A stretch of 64,000 nucleotides of DNA from an uncultured delta proteobacterium (GCA_963785235.1 CAWAUM010000001.1:352001-416000); one strand, 5' to 3'. Positions 1-11,446 are shown, counted from the stretch's first letter. Numbers and translations are program-made. The notes: generated by a model not told the origin, from the letters alone.

Positions 1-227
1 AACCCATCAAGCAAGGGGCCCTGGGCGGATATGTTGCGGATGACGAGACCCTGGGCAAAATGCTCGCACAGTCCGTCATGGATGTTCTGTTAAAAGGCAA
101 GGCCATAAAAGATGTCCCCATTAAATTTGATCCCCAGCCCATATTTTATCTGAACGGGAACACATACAAGAAGCTCGGCCTTCAGATACCGCCCAATGTC
201 CTGGCTGCAGCAAAGATCATGCAGTAA
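1..227 (+). CDS. C-terminal part of an ABC transporter substrate-binding protein (ABC_sub_bind-like), truncated by window edge
   Basis: Own translation of frame 3: PIKQGALGGYVADDETLGKMLAQSVMDVLLKGKAIKDVPIKFDPQPIFYLNGNTYKKLGLQIPPNVLAAAKIMQ*, stop at 225-227; resembles the C-terminus of this family. Confidence 0.65.
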   Translation, partial: PIKQGALGGYVADDETLGKMLAQSVMDVLLKGKAIKDVPIKFDPQPIFYLNGNTYKKLGLQIPPNVLAAAKIMQ

Positions 228-235
228 AAAACATT

Positions 236-270
236 ACCCTCTCTCCTCTTTCCCGGGAGAGAGGGTCTTT
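236..270 (+). terminator. Putative intrinsic terminator hairpin
   Basis: ACCCTCTCTCC...GGAGAGAGGGT 11 bp stem followed by CTTT, 9 nt after the stop codon. Confidence 0.5.
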
Positions 271-317
271 CATATTCCCCATTGATTCATCCATAAAGCT
301 GTGGTGAGATCACCCGT

Positions 318-803
318 ATGAATCTAGACGATATCGACAAGGCCCTCCTTGCCCTGGCCGAGGGGGATCTGGATGTGTGCGAGAGGCCCTTTGATGCTTG
401 GGCCGTCAAGATCGGCATCCCTGTGGAGGAGGTCGTCTTCAGGCTCCAGGCGCTCAAGGAAAGAGGCGTGATCAGGGAGATCAAGGCAGTCCTCAGGCAT
501 ACACAGGCAGGCTTTACTGCCAATGCCATGGTGGCGTGGTCTGTACCGGATGCCCTGGTTGACGAGGTCGGAGAGAGAATCGCATCTTATCCTGCGGTGA
601 GTCATTGCTATGAGCGGGGCGGCTTCGGCCGCTTCAATCTTTTCTCCATGATCCATGCGCGAACGGAAGGTGAGGTCATGGATAGGGTTAATGACATATC
701 TCAAGCAACCGGCATCAGTGATTATCAGATATTCAGGAGCATCAAAGAGCTGAAAAAGACTTCCATGAGGTATTTCAGCCAGGAGGGTTCTTGTGACGAA
801 TGA
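318..803 (+). CDS. ahbB: Siroheme decarboxylase subunit (AhbB/NirH, Lrp/AsnC-like fold)
   Basis: GFTANAMVAW and VSHCYER motifs; overlaps hemL. Confidence 0.8.
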   Translation: MNLDDIDKALLALAEGDLDVCERPFDAWAVKIGIPVEEVVFRLQALKERGVIREIKAVLRHTQAGFTANAMVAWSVPDALVDEVGERIASYPAVSHCYERGGFGRFNLFSMIHARTEGEVMDRVNDISQATGISDYQIFRSIKELKKTSMRYFSQEGSCDE

Positions 804-2067
804 GGATCTGTTCGCAGCTGCGCAAAAGGTGATCCCGGGTGGCGTAAATTCACCGGTGAGGGCATTCAAGAAGGTGGGGGGCATTCCCCTGTTCATGCAA
901 AGTGGTGACGGTGCCTTCCTTACTGATGCCCAGGGAAAACGATATATCGATTTCGTGCTCTCCTGGGGGCCGCTTATCCTGGGTCACTGCCACCCCCGTG
1001 TTGTGGACGCCATCAGGCGCCAGGCAGGCCTCGGCATGAGCTATGGGGCGCCTACAATGCTGGAGACGAAGATGGCTGAGCTGGTATGCTCTGCCTTTCC
1101 CAGTATCGAGAAGGTCCGTTTTGTCAGCTCCGGCACCGAGGCTGCCATGAGCGCCATACGGGTCGCCCGGGCGGCTACGCTCAGGCAGCTCGTGGTCAAG
1201 TTCGAGGGGTGCTACCATGGCCATGCTGACAGCCTTCTGGTGAAAGCGGGATCTGGTTTGTTGACCCTTGGAGTCCCCGATTCCGCGGGTGTGCCCGAGG
1301 CGGTCGCTTCAACCACGGCAGTGTTGCCTTATAATGACACACCAGCCCTTGAGGAGTTTATGAAAATGCGCGGGGCAGAGGTGGCTGCGGTCATCGTGGA
1401 GCCCGTGGCGGGGAATATGGGCATGGTGCTGCCTAAGAAGGGTTTCCTGGAATCAATGAGAAGGTTAACCAGTTCCTGCGGGGCCCTCCTTGTCTTTGAC
1501 GAGGTGATCACAGGCTTCAGGTTCTGTTTTGGCGGCTATCAGAAACTTGCAGGCATAACGCCTGACCTTACCTGCCTTGGCAAGATCATCGGCGGCGGCA
1601 TGCCGGCCGCTGCCTTTGGAGGCAGGGCCGACGTCATGGACCTGCTGGCCCCCATGGGCCCGGTTTACCAGGCAGGGACGCTCTCGGGAAACCCACTGGC
1701 AATGGCGGCAGGCCTTGCGACACTTGCGACACTCCAAGAGCTCGACCCCTATGAGAAACTCGGACGGACCATGGCTGTTTTCACCTCAGGGCTTGAGGCT
1801 CAGGCAGGCAACGCCGGCATCCCGCTGGCCATCAACCGGTTCGGCTCCATGGCCGGGATGTTTTTCCATGAAGGGCCTGTGGAGACCCTTGAAGACGTCA
1901 TGGCATCCGATGCAGCAAGGTATGCGAAGTTCTTCCATGCCATGCTCGATGGGGGTGTTTATCTGGCGCCGTCTGCCTATGAGTCGCTTTTTGTCAGCAT
2001 CAGCCACACCGCTGAGGTTATAGAACAGGCCTTGACGGCTTCAGAAAAGGCGTTTGCCGGTCTCTAG
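793..2067 (+). CDS. hemL: Glutamate-1-semialdehyde 2,1-aminomutase
   Basis: PGGVNSPVRAF, FEGCYHGH, FDEVITGFR, GKIIGGG(PLP Lys), YQAGTLSGNP. Confidence 0.97.
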   Translation: MTNEDLFAAAQKVIPGGVNSPVRAFKKVGGIPLFMQSGDGAFLTDAQGKRYIDFVLSWGPLILGHCHPRVVDAIRRQAGLGMSYGAPTMLETKMAELVCSAFPSIEKVRFVSSGTEAAMSAIRVARAATLRQLVVKFEGCYHGHADSLLVKAGSGLLTLGVPDSAGVPEAVASTTAVLPYNDTPALEEFMKMRGAEVAAVIVEPVAGNMGMVLPKKGFLESMRRLTSSCGALLVFDEVITGFRFCFGGYQKLAGITPDLTCLGKIIGGGMPAAAFGGRADVMDLLAPMGPVYQAGTLSGNPLAMAAGLATLATLQELDPYEKLGRTMAVFTSGLEAQAGNAGIPLAINRFGSMAGMFFHEGPVETLEDVMASDAARYAKFFHAMLDGGVYLAPSAYESLFVSISHTAEVIEQALTASEKAFAGL

Positions 2068-2136
2068 TCTGATGTTCAGGTTAATGTTAGGATAGTAGAC
2101 CAGATTACGTTATTGAATGTAACCATAAACATTAGT

Positions 2137-2294
2137 GGCTTAAGCACAAGAATCATGGTGATCTAAAAATGTTTTAAACAGGTCCGTTCAAATCAGTCAT
2201 CTTGCAGCCTTAGGGGAATGCTAATTTTCCCGGCCCTTAAAGGCTGCAAGATGACTGATTTGAACGGATCAGGTTTTTACGTTTCTTAAACGCA
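2137..2294 (+). repeat. ~160-175 bp palindromic repeat element, copy 1 (29 bp perfect stem 2183-2211/2240-2268, 28 nt loop)
   Basis: Inverted repeat TCCGTTCAAATCAGTCATCTTGCAGCCTT; homologous copies at 26893-27067 and 58817-58986. Confidence 0.9.
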
Positions 2295-2305
2295 AGCCCT
2301 GATAT

Positions 2306-4745
2306 TCAGATGCCGGCAGGCCTCGGTCTATCTACGGCGTCTTCTTGGGCCGCCGGGTGGGAGAAGGCGGCAAAGATGCCCTCAGGGCCTTCGGGGAAGG
2401 CTATTGCGATAACTTCCTCTATGGTTTCAACAAAATGGATGGTGAGGTCATTGGTCACATAGGGCTCCATGTCGCTGAGGTCCTTTTCGTTCATTCTGGG
2501 CATGATGATGGTGGTGAACCCGGCCCTGCGTGCAGCAAGCACCTTCTCTTTTATGCCGCCCACCGGCAGGACTACACCGCGCAGAGTAATCTCGCCGGTC
2601 ATGGCAAGGTCTTCACGCACTACCTTGTTGGTAAGGAGCGAGATGATGGAGGTGACCAGGGTTACCCCGGCGGACGGCCCGTCCTTTGGGATGGCCCCTG
2701 CCGGCACGTGGATATGGATGCAATGGTCCTTTTCAATGGTGCACCCCATGCCCTTGATGATGCTCAAACCAAGCCTGGCGGATTCCTTCATGACATCGCC
2801 CATCTGACCGGTTAGGATCATCTCTTCCTTTCCTTCCACCAGGGCCGATTCCACGAACAGTATCTCGCCTCCGAAAGGCGTCCAGGCAAGCCCCGTAGCG
2901 ATGCCGGGGATGCGTATGCGCTGCTTGGCTTCGGGTAAAAAGCGCACCGGACCCAGGGCCTTTTCAATGAAGGCGCAGTCTATGATAAAATCTTCGCAGG
3001 AGCCTTTTGCCACCTGGAATGCGATCATCCGCAAGGCGCGATGCTATCTCGCGCTGGAGGTTCCTCACGCCCGATTCCCTTGTGTAGTGGCGGATAATAT
3101 GTCCCAGCGCCTCGTCATGGAAATCGATACGCCTGCCGGTAAGTCCGTTGGCCTCTATCTCCCGGGGGAGGAGGTAATTCTTTGCAATGGCGATCTTGTC
3201 CTCATGGGTGTATCCCTCTATCTCCACGATCTCCATGCGGTCCTTCAGGGCAGCTGGTATGGTGTCGATCACGTTGGCCGTGGTGATGAAGAACACCTTG
3301 GAGAGGTCGTAGGGGACGTTCAGGTAGTGGTCTACAAAGTGGTTGTTCTGCTCGGGGTCCAGGGCCTCAAGGAGTGCGGATGCCGGGTCGCCGTGGATGT
3401 CGCGGGTGAGCTTGTCGATCTCGTCAAGCATGAACACCGGGTTTACGGTGCCTGCAGTCTTGATGCCGTTGATGATGCGGCCGGGTAAAGCGCCGATATA
3501 GGTCCTCCGGTGGCCCCTGATCTCGGCCTCGTCACGTACGCCCCCCAATGAGATGCGTACGAACTTTCTGCCCATGGCCCTGGCGATGGACTTGCCAAGC
3601 GAGGTCTTGCCCACACCCGGAGGCCCCACGAAGCACAGGATCGGGCCCTTGAGGTCGTTCTTCAGTTTCTTGACCGAAAGGTACTCCACGATCCTCTTCT
3701 TGGGCTTCTTCAGATCGAAATGGTCTTCGTCCAGTATCTGCTCCACATTGCCGATTTCCAGGTTGTCTTGTGACCCTTCATGCCAGGGCAGGTCCAGTAT
3801 CCAGTCAAGGTATGTGCGGATAGTGACGTATTCCGAAGATGAGGGCTGCATCCGGGAGATGCGCTTGAGGTCTTTGTCCACCTCGGTCTTGACCTCTTCG
3901 GGCAGGGCCTTGGCCTCGATCTCACCCCGAAGCTCCTCCATTTCATCCTCGACGTCGGTACCTGCTTCTCCCAGCTCCTTCTTGATGGCCTTGAGCTGCT
4001 GCCGGAGATAGTATTCCCTCTGGGCATTGTTGATCTCGCCCTTGGCCTTTTCCGTGATCTTTGAGGAGATCTCCAGGATGTTAAGCTCTTCCCTCAGGCT
4101 CTCATAAAGAAGCGCAAATTTTTTCTCGAAACCATCTTCTTCAAGGATCTTCTGCTTGTTGGCAATAGGGATGGGCAGGTTTGTGGCCGTAGTGGAGAGC
4201 AGCATGAGCGGGTCTTTGATCTTGGCGAGGTTGGTGAGCACAGAGTCCATATTCTGGTAGGACATGCGTGCGAGCTGGGTCAGGATCTCTCTGGTGGACA
4301 GGGCCATGGCATAGACCTGCGTGCCCGGCGTGTCGTCTTCTGTGAGGTGGGTGACGCGGACCTTCATGTAGGGGTTGTCCGCAATTTTTTCCTCAAGGAA
4401 TACCTTCTGGATGCCCCTGATCATGATGGAGAGCTCGCCTGCCTTGACCGAGGTAACCTTGGTTATCTTTGCCACGCAACCGATCCGGTAGAGGTTTTCC
4501 CACACCGCCGGAATGGGCTCGTGGGGCTTGCGCATGCCCACGGCCACGATGGAGCTGTTCGTGCTGTGAAATTCCTTGATGAGTGCTGCCGAGGAAGGAT
4601 TCGTTACAATGAGCGGGAGCACGGCGCCCGGAAGCAGGATTGCATCCTTGAGCGGGAGCACGGGCATGATCTCATGGATTTCCTCCACCTGCAAGTCATC
4701 GGACTCATCGATGTTGTTCCTGAAGATATTCTTGAGCCAGTCCAT
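2306..4745 (-). CDS. lon: ATP-dependent protease Lon (single frameshift near 3040)
   Basis: Lon N domain, GPPGVGKT Walker A, LDEIDK, ESGVRNL in ORF 2964-4745; GLAWT, HIHVPAGAIPKDGPSAG and GGIKEK in ORF 2306-3034. Confidence 0.93.
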
Positions 4746-4801
4746 GTCCTTTATGTAGGCGCGCCCTGAAAGAAAGTCAATTGGATGCTTGCGAAGCCTG
4801 A

Positions 4802-5797
4802 TCAGCGGATCTGTGAGTATGGGGAAATGATGCTGCCGGCTTTAATCTTTTTACCCTCAATCATGCTGCCCATGCCTATGGTTGTTCTCTCTGCGATGGT
4901 GCTGTCCTTTATCCAGGTGCCCGGCATGATCTTCACGCCTTCGCCGATCCTGCATTTCCCCATGATATGGCAATTAGGCCAGATCTCCACATCATGCGCC
5001 ATCTTTACCGCCGGGCTGATCCATATGGTTGACGGGTCCTGGAGGGTCACCCCTGATTCCATGAGTGCGGTGTTGATGCGCTGCTGCATGCGTTCCTGGG
5101 CAAAGGTCAGCTGGCCCCTGGAGTTGATCCCATGTGCCTCGTCCGGGTCAGTTGCCGTGAAGGACACCGCCTTAGGGGCCATGGCCACTACGTCTGTCAG
5201 ATAAAACTCGCCCTTGGTGTTGTCCGGGCAGATCTTTTTCACCGACGAGAGCAGGAATTCCTTGTTGATGACGTATACTCCGGTGTTGATTTCATCGATC
5301 TTGAGCTGTTTTTCCGTTGCATCGTTATGCTCCACAATGCGTTTGAGAGTTCCTCTCCTGTCGCGGACGATCCTGCCGTAGCCAGTCGGGTCTGCGATTC
5401 TCGCCGTGAGGACGCCCATGTCTGCACCGGCGCTGTGGTAGGCATCAACGAGACCTTTCAGGGATTCGTTGCGGATGAGCGGCATGTCGCCCGGCAGGAT
5501 GAGGATATGAGTGGCATGCGCCTGTTGCAGGGCATCTTTTGCCATGAGGATGGCGTGGCCGGTTCCCAGCTGGGGTTCCTGGACGACGGTTTTGACATGG
5601 AAGGACTCAAGGTAGCGTATGACCATGTCCCTTCCATGGCCCACCACCGCGATCACACTCGTGGAGATGCCTTCTGCCAGGCTAAGGGAATAGTAGATCA
5701 GGGGATATCCGAGGACCTCGTGCAGGACCTTGGGATATTCGGATTTCAATCTCGTACCTTTCCCGGCTGCAAGGATTATGCTACAAGTGGTTTCCAT
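4802..5797 (-). CDS. glmU: GlmU-like UDP-GlcNAc pyrophosphorylase, short form (331 aa) with only a few hexapeptide repeats
   Basis: ILAAGKGTRLKS..PKVLH, QLGTGHA, GYGRIVR, EINTGVY, EFYLTD, GINSR motifs. Confidence 0.85.
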   Translation of the reverse strand: METTCSIILAAGKGTRLKSEYPKVLHEVLGYPLIYYSLSLAEGISTSVIAVVGHGRDMVIRYLESFHVKTVVQEPQLGTGHAILMAKDALQQAHATHILILPGDMPLIRNESLKGLVDAYHSAGADMGVLTARIADPTGYGRIVRDRRGTLKRIVEHNDATEKQLKIDEINTGVYVINKEFLLSSVKKICPDNTKGEFYLTDVVAMAPKAVSFTATDPDEAHGINSRGQLTFAQERMQQRINTALMESGVTLQDPSTIWISPAVKMAHDVEIWPNCHIMGKCRIGEGVKIMPGTWIKDSTIAERTTIGMGSMIEGKKIKAGSIISPYSQIR

Positions 5798-5900
5798 TGA
5801 GGTGCTTTGCTACCACAAAGATGGGGTTTTCGCAACCGTAGCGGTCCTCATGAGGGGAAGTTTCAGCGGTTCGGGGGAAGGTGAAGATATTTTTTATTGG

Positions 5901-5948
5901 CCCGTAGAATCTGATGAGTTCCCATTGGAACTCATCAGATTCTACGGG
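5901..5948. repeat. Perfect 22 bp inverted repeat with 4 nt loop in the divergent glmU/mreB intergenic region
   Basis: CCCGTAGAATCTGATGAGTTCC-CATT-GGAACTCATCAGATTCTACGGG. Confidence 0.9.
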
Positions 5949-6066
5949 TAAAGGTTGTCTCATCCTACCATATCCCTGCGAAGAGTGATTTTTTCCCCGC
6001 CAGAAGCCCTTGTAAAAGGCAGTCGCTTTTGTTAAGAGGGCGTGTGCAACCGATCCTCATGTGTGA

Positions 6067-7118
<1,052 letters not shown>

Positions 7119-7119
<1 letters not shown>

Positions 7120-7940
7120 TGGGACAGGGCAACACGAGCAAAATAATACTCACCTCCATTGCAGCAGTGGTGGTGATCGTGTTGCTTTCTCTGGGCCAGT
7201 ACCGATCCATCTCGTCGGGCTTGAGTCCCATACGCGAGGCATTCTTTATCTTCGAGAAGGTTGTCACTGCGCCGTTTCACTTCGCACAAAACCTCTGGAG
7301 TGACTATATATTCCTGGTGGGTATCCGCGCTGAGAACAAAGAGATAAAGAAGGCCCTTGATCAGGCCCGGGTGCAGTGCATGACCGTTCAGGAACTCAAG
7401 AGCGAGAATGAGCGTCTACGGGCCATGCTTGATTTCAAAGGCGAGCATTCCGATTTCCAGTTGTTCCCGGCACGGCTCCTCTCCCAGGACATTACAAACG
7501 TGTTCAAGACCGTAGTGATCGACCGGGGCAGAACCAGGGGCTTTTTTATGGACATGCCGGTGGTGTCACCCCAGGGTCTCATGGGCAGGGTGATCTCGGT
7601 CTCCCCCCACACAAGCCAGGTGCTGCTTATCACCGACCCCATCAGCGCTGTGCCTGTCATTATCGAGGAGAGCCGCGTAAAGGGCATTGTAAAGGGTATG
7701 GGCGCCAATATGCTCAGCCTGGAATATGTGCGAAATACCGAGCTTGTGCAGGTAGGAAACATGGTGGTCACCTCCGGAATGGAAGGCATTTTCCCCAAGG
7801 GCTTAAAAGTCGGCCGTATTGCCGGGATCAGGCGCGAACCCAACAAGATCTTTATCAGGATCATGGTCAAACCTTCCGTGGAGATGTCCAAGATCGAAGG
7901 CCTGTTCGGAGTAGGATTCCATGCTGCGAACGCACATTAG
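7119..7940 (+). CDS. mreC: Rod shape-determining protein MreC
   Basis: N-terminal TM, coiled coil (ENERLRAML), IDRG, VVTSG..GIFPKG; synteny. Confidence 0.95.
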
Positions 7941-8394
7941 TCTGGCCGGCATAATCTTTCTGGCCGTTTTTTTCGAGACCGTCTTTGTCCCGGGAATATG
8001 GAACTCTCTGCGCGTGGATCTCTTCATAGGCATGATAATCGGTGTCATGATCCATCTGGGCTTTTCCCAGGGGCTGACCTTTGTCCTGGTAACATCGCTG
8101 TTTCTCCAGGCCTTTTCAGGGGCCAGGCCGGGTTTGATTCCCATGATATATCTGGGCATCTTCTTGGTGGTCTGCCTGCTCAAAGGTATTATCTACATGG
8201 AGAATATCCTTACCCAGCTTATCCTTGCCGGTGTCCTGTCTATCCTGGTAGCCACTGGGCTGGCTATCTCTTTCGATCTGAGCCTGAGCCAGGCCGAGCT
8301 TGTCTCGATGGCGGTAGGCGGGGTGCTTACAGGCATGGTAAGTCCATTTATGGTTGCCCTTGTAGGTAGTTTGAAGAAGGCATATGAAGCCTAA
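7921..8394 (+). CDS. mreD: Rod shape-determining protein MreD
   Basis: 157 aa polytopic membrane protein between mreC and mrdA. Confidence 0.8.
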   Translation: MLRTHISLAGIIFLAVFFETVFVPGIWNSLRVDLFIGMIIGVMIHLGFSQGLTFVLVTSLFLQAFSGARPGLIPMIYLGIFLVVCLLKGIIYMENILTQLILAGVLSILVATGLAISFDLSLSQAELVSMAVGGVLTGMVSPFMVALVGSLKKAYEA

Positions 8395-10210
8395 CATCAC
8401 GAGCCCTCATCTGGAAGAGGATCTCAAGAAGAGCTCTTTGTACCTGTTGATCTTCGTGTTCACCCTGCTCGGCATCCTGATCATACGGCTGTTTGTCATG
8501 CAGATCATTAATGGAACGTATTATAAGGGTCTCTCGGAGAATAACCGTGTCCGCATCATTGCGGTATCAGCCCCGAGGGGAAAGATCATGGACAGGGCAG
8601 GGGCCGTACTTGCCGACAACAGGCCTGCATTTAATGTTATGGTGCTGCCCGAGGACATCGCCAATCCACAGGATATTTCCGTGCGTCTTGCCCCGTTCCT
8701 GAACAAGGCGCCCCTTGAGATCCAGCAGCTTATCCGGCAAGGCAAGAAGGGGAAACCCTATGACCCTTTAATAGTGGCCAGGGACATCACCTTCGAACAG
8801 GTAGCCAAGATAGAGACGCAGATAATAAGCCTGCCGGGTGTATCCATTGAGGCCATCCCGGAGCGGGAATATCTCTATGGGGCGCTTGGATGTCATGTGC
8901 TGGGGTTTATCGGAGAGGTCTCCAAGCGAAAGCTTGAGGAACAAGGAGAGGAAGGGGACTACTCATCCGGAGACCTCATCGGCAAGAGCGGGGTTGAGCT
9001 TGTCTATGAGAATACCCTTAAGGGAGTCAAGGGCAAGAAGGTGTTCGAGGTGGATGCAACGGGCCACAGGGTAAAGGTGCTCGGCGAGCACGAGCCGGTT
9101 CCGGGTAAGGATGTGAAGCTTGCCGTTGATCAGGGCCTTCAGGCCATAGCGGCACAGGCCCTGGGTGAGAAGGCAGGCGCGGTAGTGGCCATGGTGCCTT
9201 CTACCGGCGAGGTCCTTGTCATGGAGAGCACCCCCGGATATGATCCTGCCATCTTTGCCTCATCCATGACAGCCCTGCAGTGGAAGCAGATCATCAATAA
9301 CCCCATGCACCCCCTGGAGAACAGATCCATGCGGGGGGCTTATCCTCCCGGGTCCATCATGAAGATCGTGGTTGCCCTGGCAGGCTTCCAGGCCGGTGTT
9401 CTCGACCCCACTGCCCGGGTGTACTGTCCCGGAAGTTTCAAGATCGGCAATGTAGTTTTCAGGTGCTGGCAGGCAAGAGGGCATGGCAGCCTTGACCTGG
9501 TGGGCGCCATCACCCAGTCCTGCGATGTATACTTCTATACGCTGGGAAGGGCAATGGGTATTGATAATATCGCAGCAACGGGATCTCTGCTGGGCCTGGG
9601 TAATAAGACCGGTATCGCGTTGCCTGATGAGCTGCCCGGGCTTATGCCTACGAAGAAATGGAAACGGAAAAGATTCGGCCAGCCCTGGCACCCGGGTGAA
9701 GACGTCATTGCCGCCATCGGCCAGGGTTTTACCATGGTCACTCCGCTTCAGGTCGCCAAGGTCATGAGTGCGATTCTCAACGGAGGAAAGGTTTATACGC
9801 CCAAGATCCTTGCATCAGGTGATCCTGTGCTGGAAAAGGACATTGCCATCCCAAGGTCTCAGCTCGAATACCTTAAGGCCGGAATGAAGGGGGCGGTTGA
9901 GAATGCGCGTGGAACAGCCCATGGGATATATGAACAGGGATTATCCATCGGAGGAAAGACCGGTACGGCACAGGTGGCCAGGGGATATGTGTCCAAAAGG
10001 CCCGATGAATCGGATATCCCGTATCATTTGCGTGACCATGCCTGGTTTTTCGGATTCTCTCCTGTTGAGAATCCCGAGATCATTGTCGTGGCGCTGCTGG
10101 AGCACGGCGGGCATGGAGGTTCCGTATGCGCACCCATTGTTAAAGCCGTTATCGAAGGGTATTACCTGAAGAAAGAGGCCTCGCGTGAGCAGATACGCAA
10201 AACTGACTGA
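8384..10210 (+). CDS. mrdA: Penicillin-binding protein 2
   Basis: APRGKIMDR, YPPGSIMK (SxxK), SCD (SxN variant), GKTGTAQ, DHAWF. Confidence 0.95.
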   Translation: MKPNITSPHLEEDLKKSSLYLLIFVFTLLGILIIRLFVMQIINGTYYKGLSENNRVRIIAVSAPRGKIMDRAGAVLADNRPAFNVMVLPEDIANPQDISVRLAPFLNKAPLEIQQLIRQGKKGKPYDPLIVARDITFEQVAKIETQIISLPGVSIEAIPEREYLYGALGCHVLGFIGEVSKRKLEEQGEEGDYSSGDLIGKSGVELVYENTLKGVKGKKVFEVDATGHRVKVLGEHEPVPGKDVKLAVDQGLQAIAAQALGEKAGAVVAMVPSTGEVLVMESTPGYDPAIFASSMTALQWKQIINNPMHPLENRSMRGAYPPGSIMKIVVALAGFQAGVLDPTARVYCPGSFKIGNVVFRCWQARGHGSLDLVGAITQSCDVYFYTLGRAMGIDNIAATGSLLGLGNKTGIALPDELPGLMPTKKWKRKRFGQPWHPGEDVIAAIGQGFTMVTPLQVAKVMSAILNGGKVYTPKILASGDPVLEKDIAIPRSQLEYLKAGMKGAVENARGTAHGIYEQGLSIGGKTGTAQVARGYVSKRPDESDIPYHLRDHAWFFGFSPVENPEIIVVALLEHGGHGGSVCAPIVKAVIEGYYLKKEASREQIRKTD

Positions 10211-11276
10211 GATTCTTGACTGGGGCATCCTTCTGACAGTAGTCTGCCTCATGGCCATTGGGCTGCTGTGCGTCTACAGCTCTACAACGGCCGTGGGCAG
10301 CGCTATCCTTGCCAGGCAGATGCTGTGGATCTGTATCGGAATGGTCTTTCTGGCAATCGCCTTTCTGGTGGATTACCGGACACTCATGTATTCGGCCTGG
10401 CCCTTTTACGCCTTGGTGGTGACAACGCTGTTGCTTGTATTCGTGATAGGCAGGGAGATTTCCGGCGCCAGGCGCTGGATTGTCATGGGGCCGCTGCGCA
10501 TGCAGCCGTCCGAGATCGCCAAGATCTTTGTGATAATCTGGATGGCATACTGGGCTGAGAAGAATAAGCATATCCTGCTTCACGGCATCCGGGAACTTTT
10601 TTTTCCGGCAATTGTCATCTGCATACCGGTCGTGCTGATCCTCCTGGAGCCTGACCTGGGAACGGCAGCGATTGTCGCATTCATCGCCATAGCCATGTTC
10701 CTCATGCTGGGGATCAGGCGTTCCACAATACTCACCCTGGGCGGGCTCTTTTGTGCTGCATTGCCTTTTCTGTGGTTTTCTCTGAAAGACTACCAGAGGC
10801 AGCGGATATTCACATTCCTTGACCCCTCGCGCGACCCTTTGGGCAGCGGCTACCATGCCATCCAGTCGAAGATCGCCGTGGGGTCGGGAGGGCTTCTCGG
10901 CAAGGGGTTCCTCCATGGCACCCAGACCCAGCTGAAGTTCCTGCCCGAGCATCACACCGACTTCATCTTCTCCGTGGTCGCCGAGGAGTGGGGGTTTCTG
11001 GGTTCCGGGGTGCTCATAGTCCTTTACATGTTGCTCATCACAAAGATCATAAACGTGGGGTTCAAGGCCAAGGACCGTTTCGGGGCGCTGTTGTGCTTCG
11101 GCATCGCCACCTATTTCACCTTGCATGTGTTCATCAACATTTCCATGGCCATCGGCATCTTCCCCGTAGTTGGTGTGCCGCTCCCCTTCATCAGCTATGG
11201 CGGGTCTTTCATGATAATCAACATGATCTGCATCGGGATCGTGCTGAATGTTGCGTGGAGGCGATTTATATTTTAG
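10185..11276 (+). CDS. rodA: SEDS peptidoglycan glycosyltransferase RodA
   Basis: GARRW, QPSEIAK, EPDLGTA, FLPEHHTDFIF, PFISYGGS. Confidence 0.96.
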   Translation: MSRYAKLTEILDWGILLTVVCLMAIGLLCVYSSTTAVGSAILARQMLWICIGMVFLAIAFLVDYRTLMYSAWPFYALVVTTLLLVFVIGREISGARRWIVMGPLRMQPSEIAKIFVIIWMAYWAEKNKHILLHGIRELFFPAIVICIPVVLILLEPDLGTAAIVAFIAIAMFLMLGIRRSTILTLGGLFCAALPFLWFSLKDYQRQRIFTFLDPSRDPLGSGYHAIQSKIAVGSGGLLGKGFLHGTQTQLKFLPEHHTDFIFSVVAEEWGFLGSGVLIVLYMLLITKIINVGFKAKDRFGALLCFGIATYFTLHVFINISMAIGIFPVVGVPLPFISYGGSFMIINMICIGIVLNVAWRRFIF

Positions 11277-11446
11277 GGTACTTCTCGCAACGGATATTCT
11301 TGAAAGAGAATGACGGATTCCACCCCCTGATGTCATTCCCGCGGAAGCGGGAATCCATTCTTTTCAAAGCCTTCTGGCCCGCCGCTTTAGCGGGGGGTGA
11401 CACTCATACTAATATGCTCGATTACTTGAAATAATAGAGGTGCCCT
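11275..11446. mobile_element. MITE-like element with imperfect terminal inverted repeats enclosing a GTCATTCCCGC-type REP doublet (11331-11402)
   Basis: AGGGTACTTCT at 11275 vs AGAGGTGCCCT at 11436-11446; internal TGTCATTCCCGCGGAAGCGGGAATCCA...TGGCCCGCCGCTTTAGCGGGGGGTGACA. Confidence 0.55.

Noticed and set aside
10149-11336. Long antisense ORFs (also 12583-13845, 14405-15379, 30202-31353, 52357-53676, 53564-54592)
   Set aside because: Shadows of GC-rich genes on the opposite strand with no recognisable motifs
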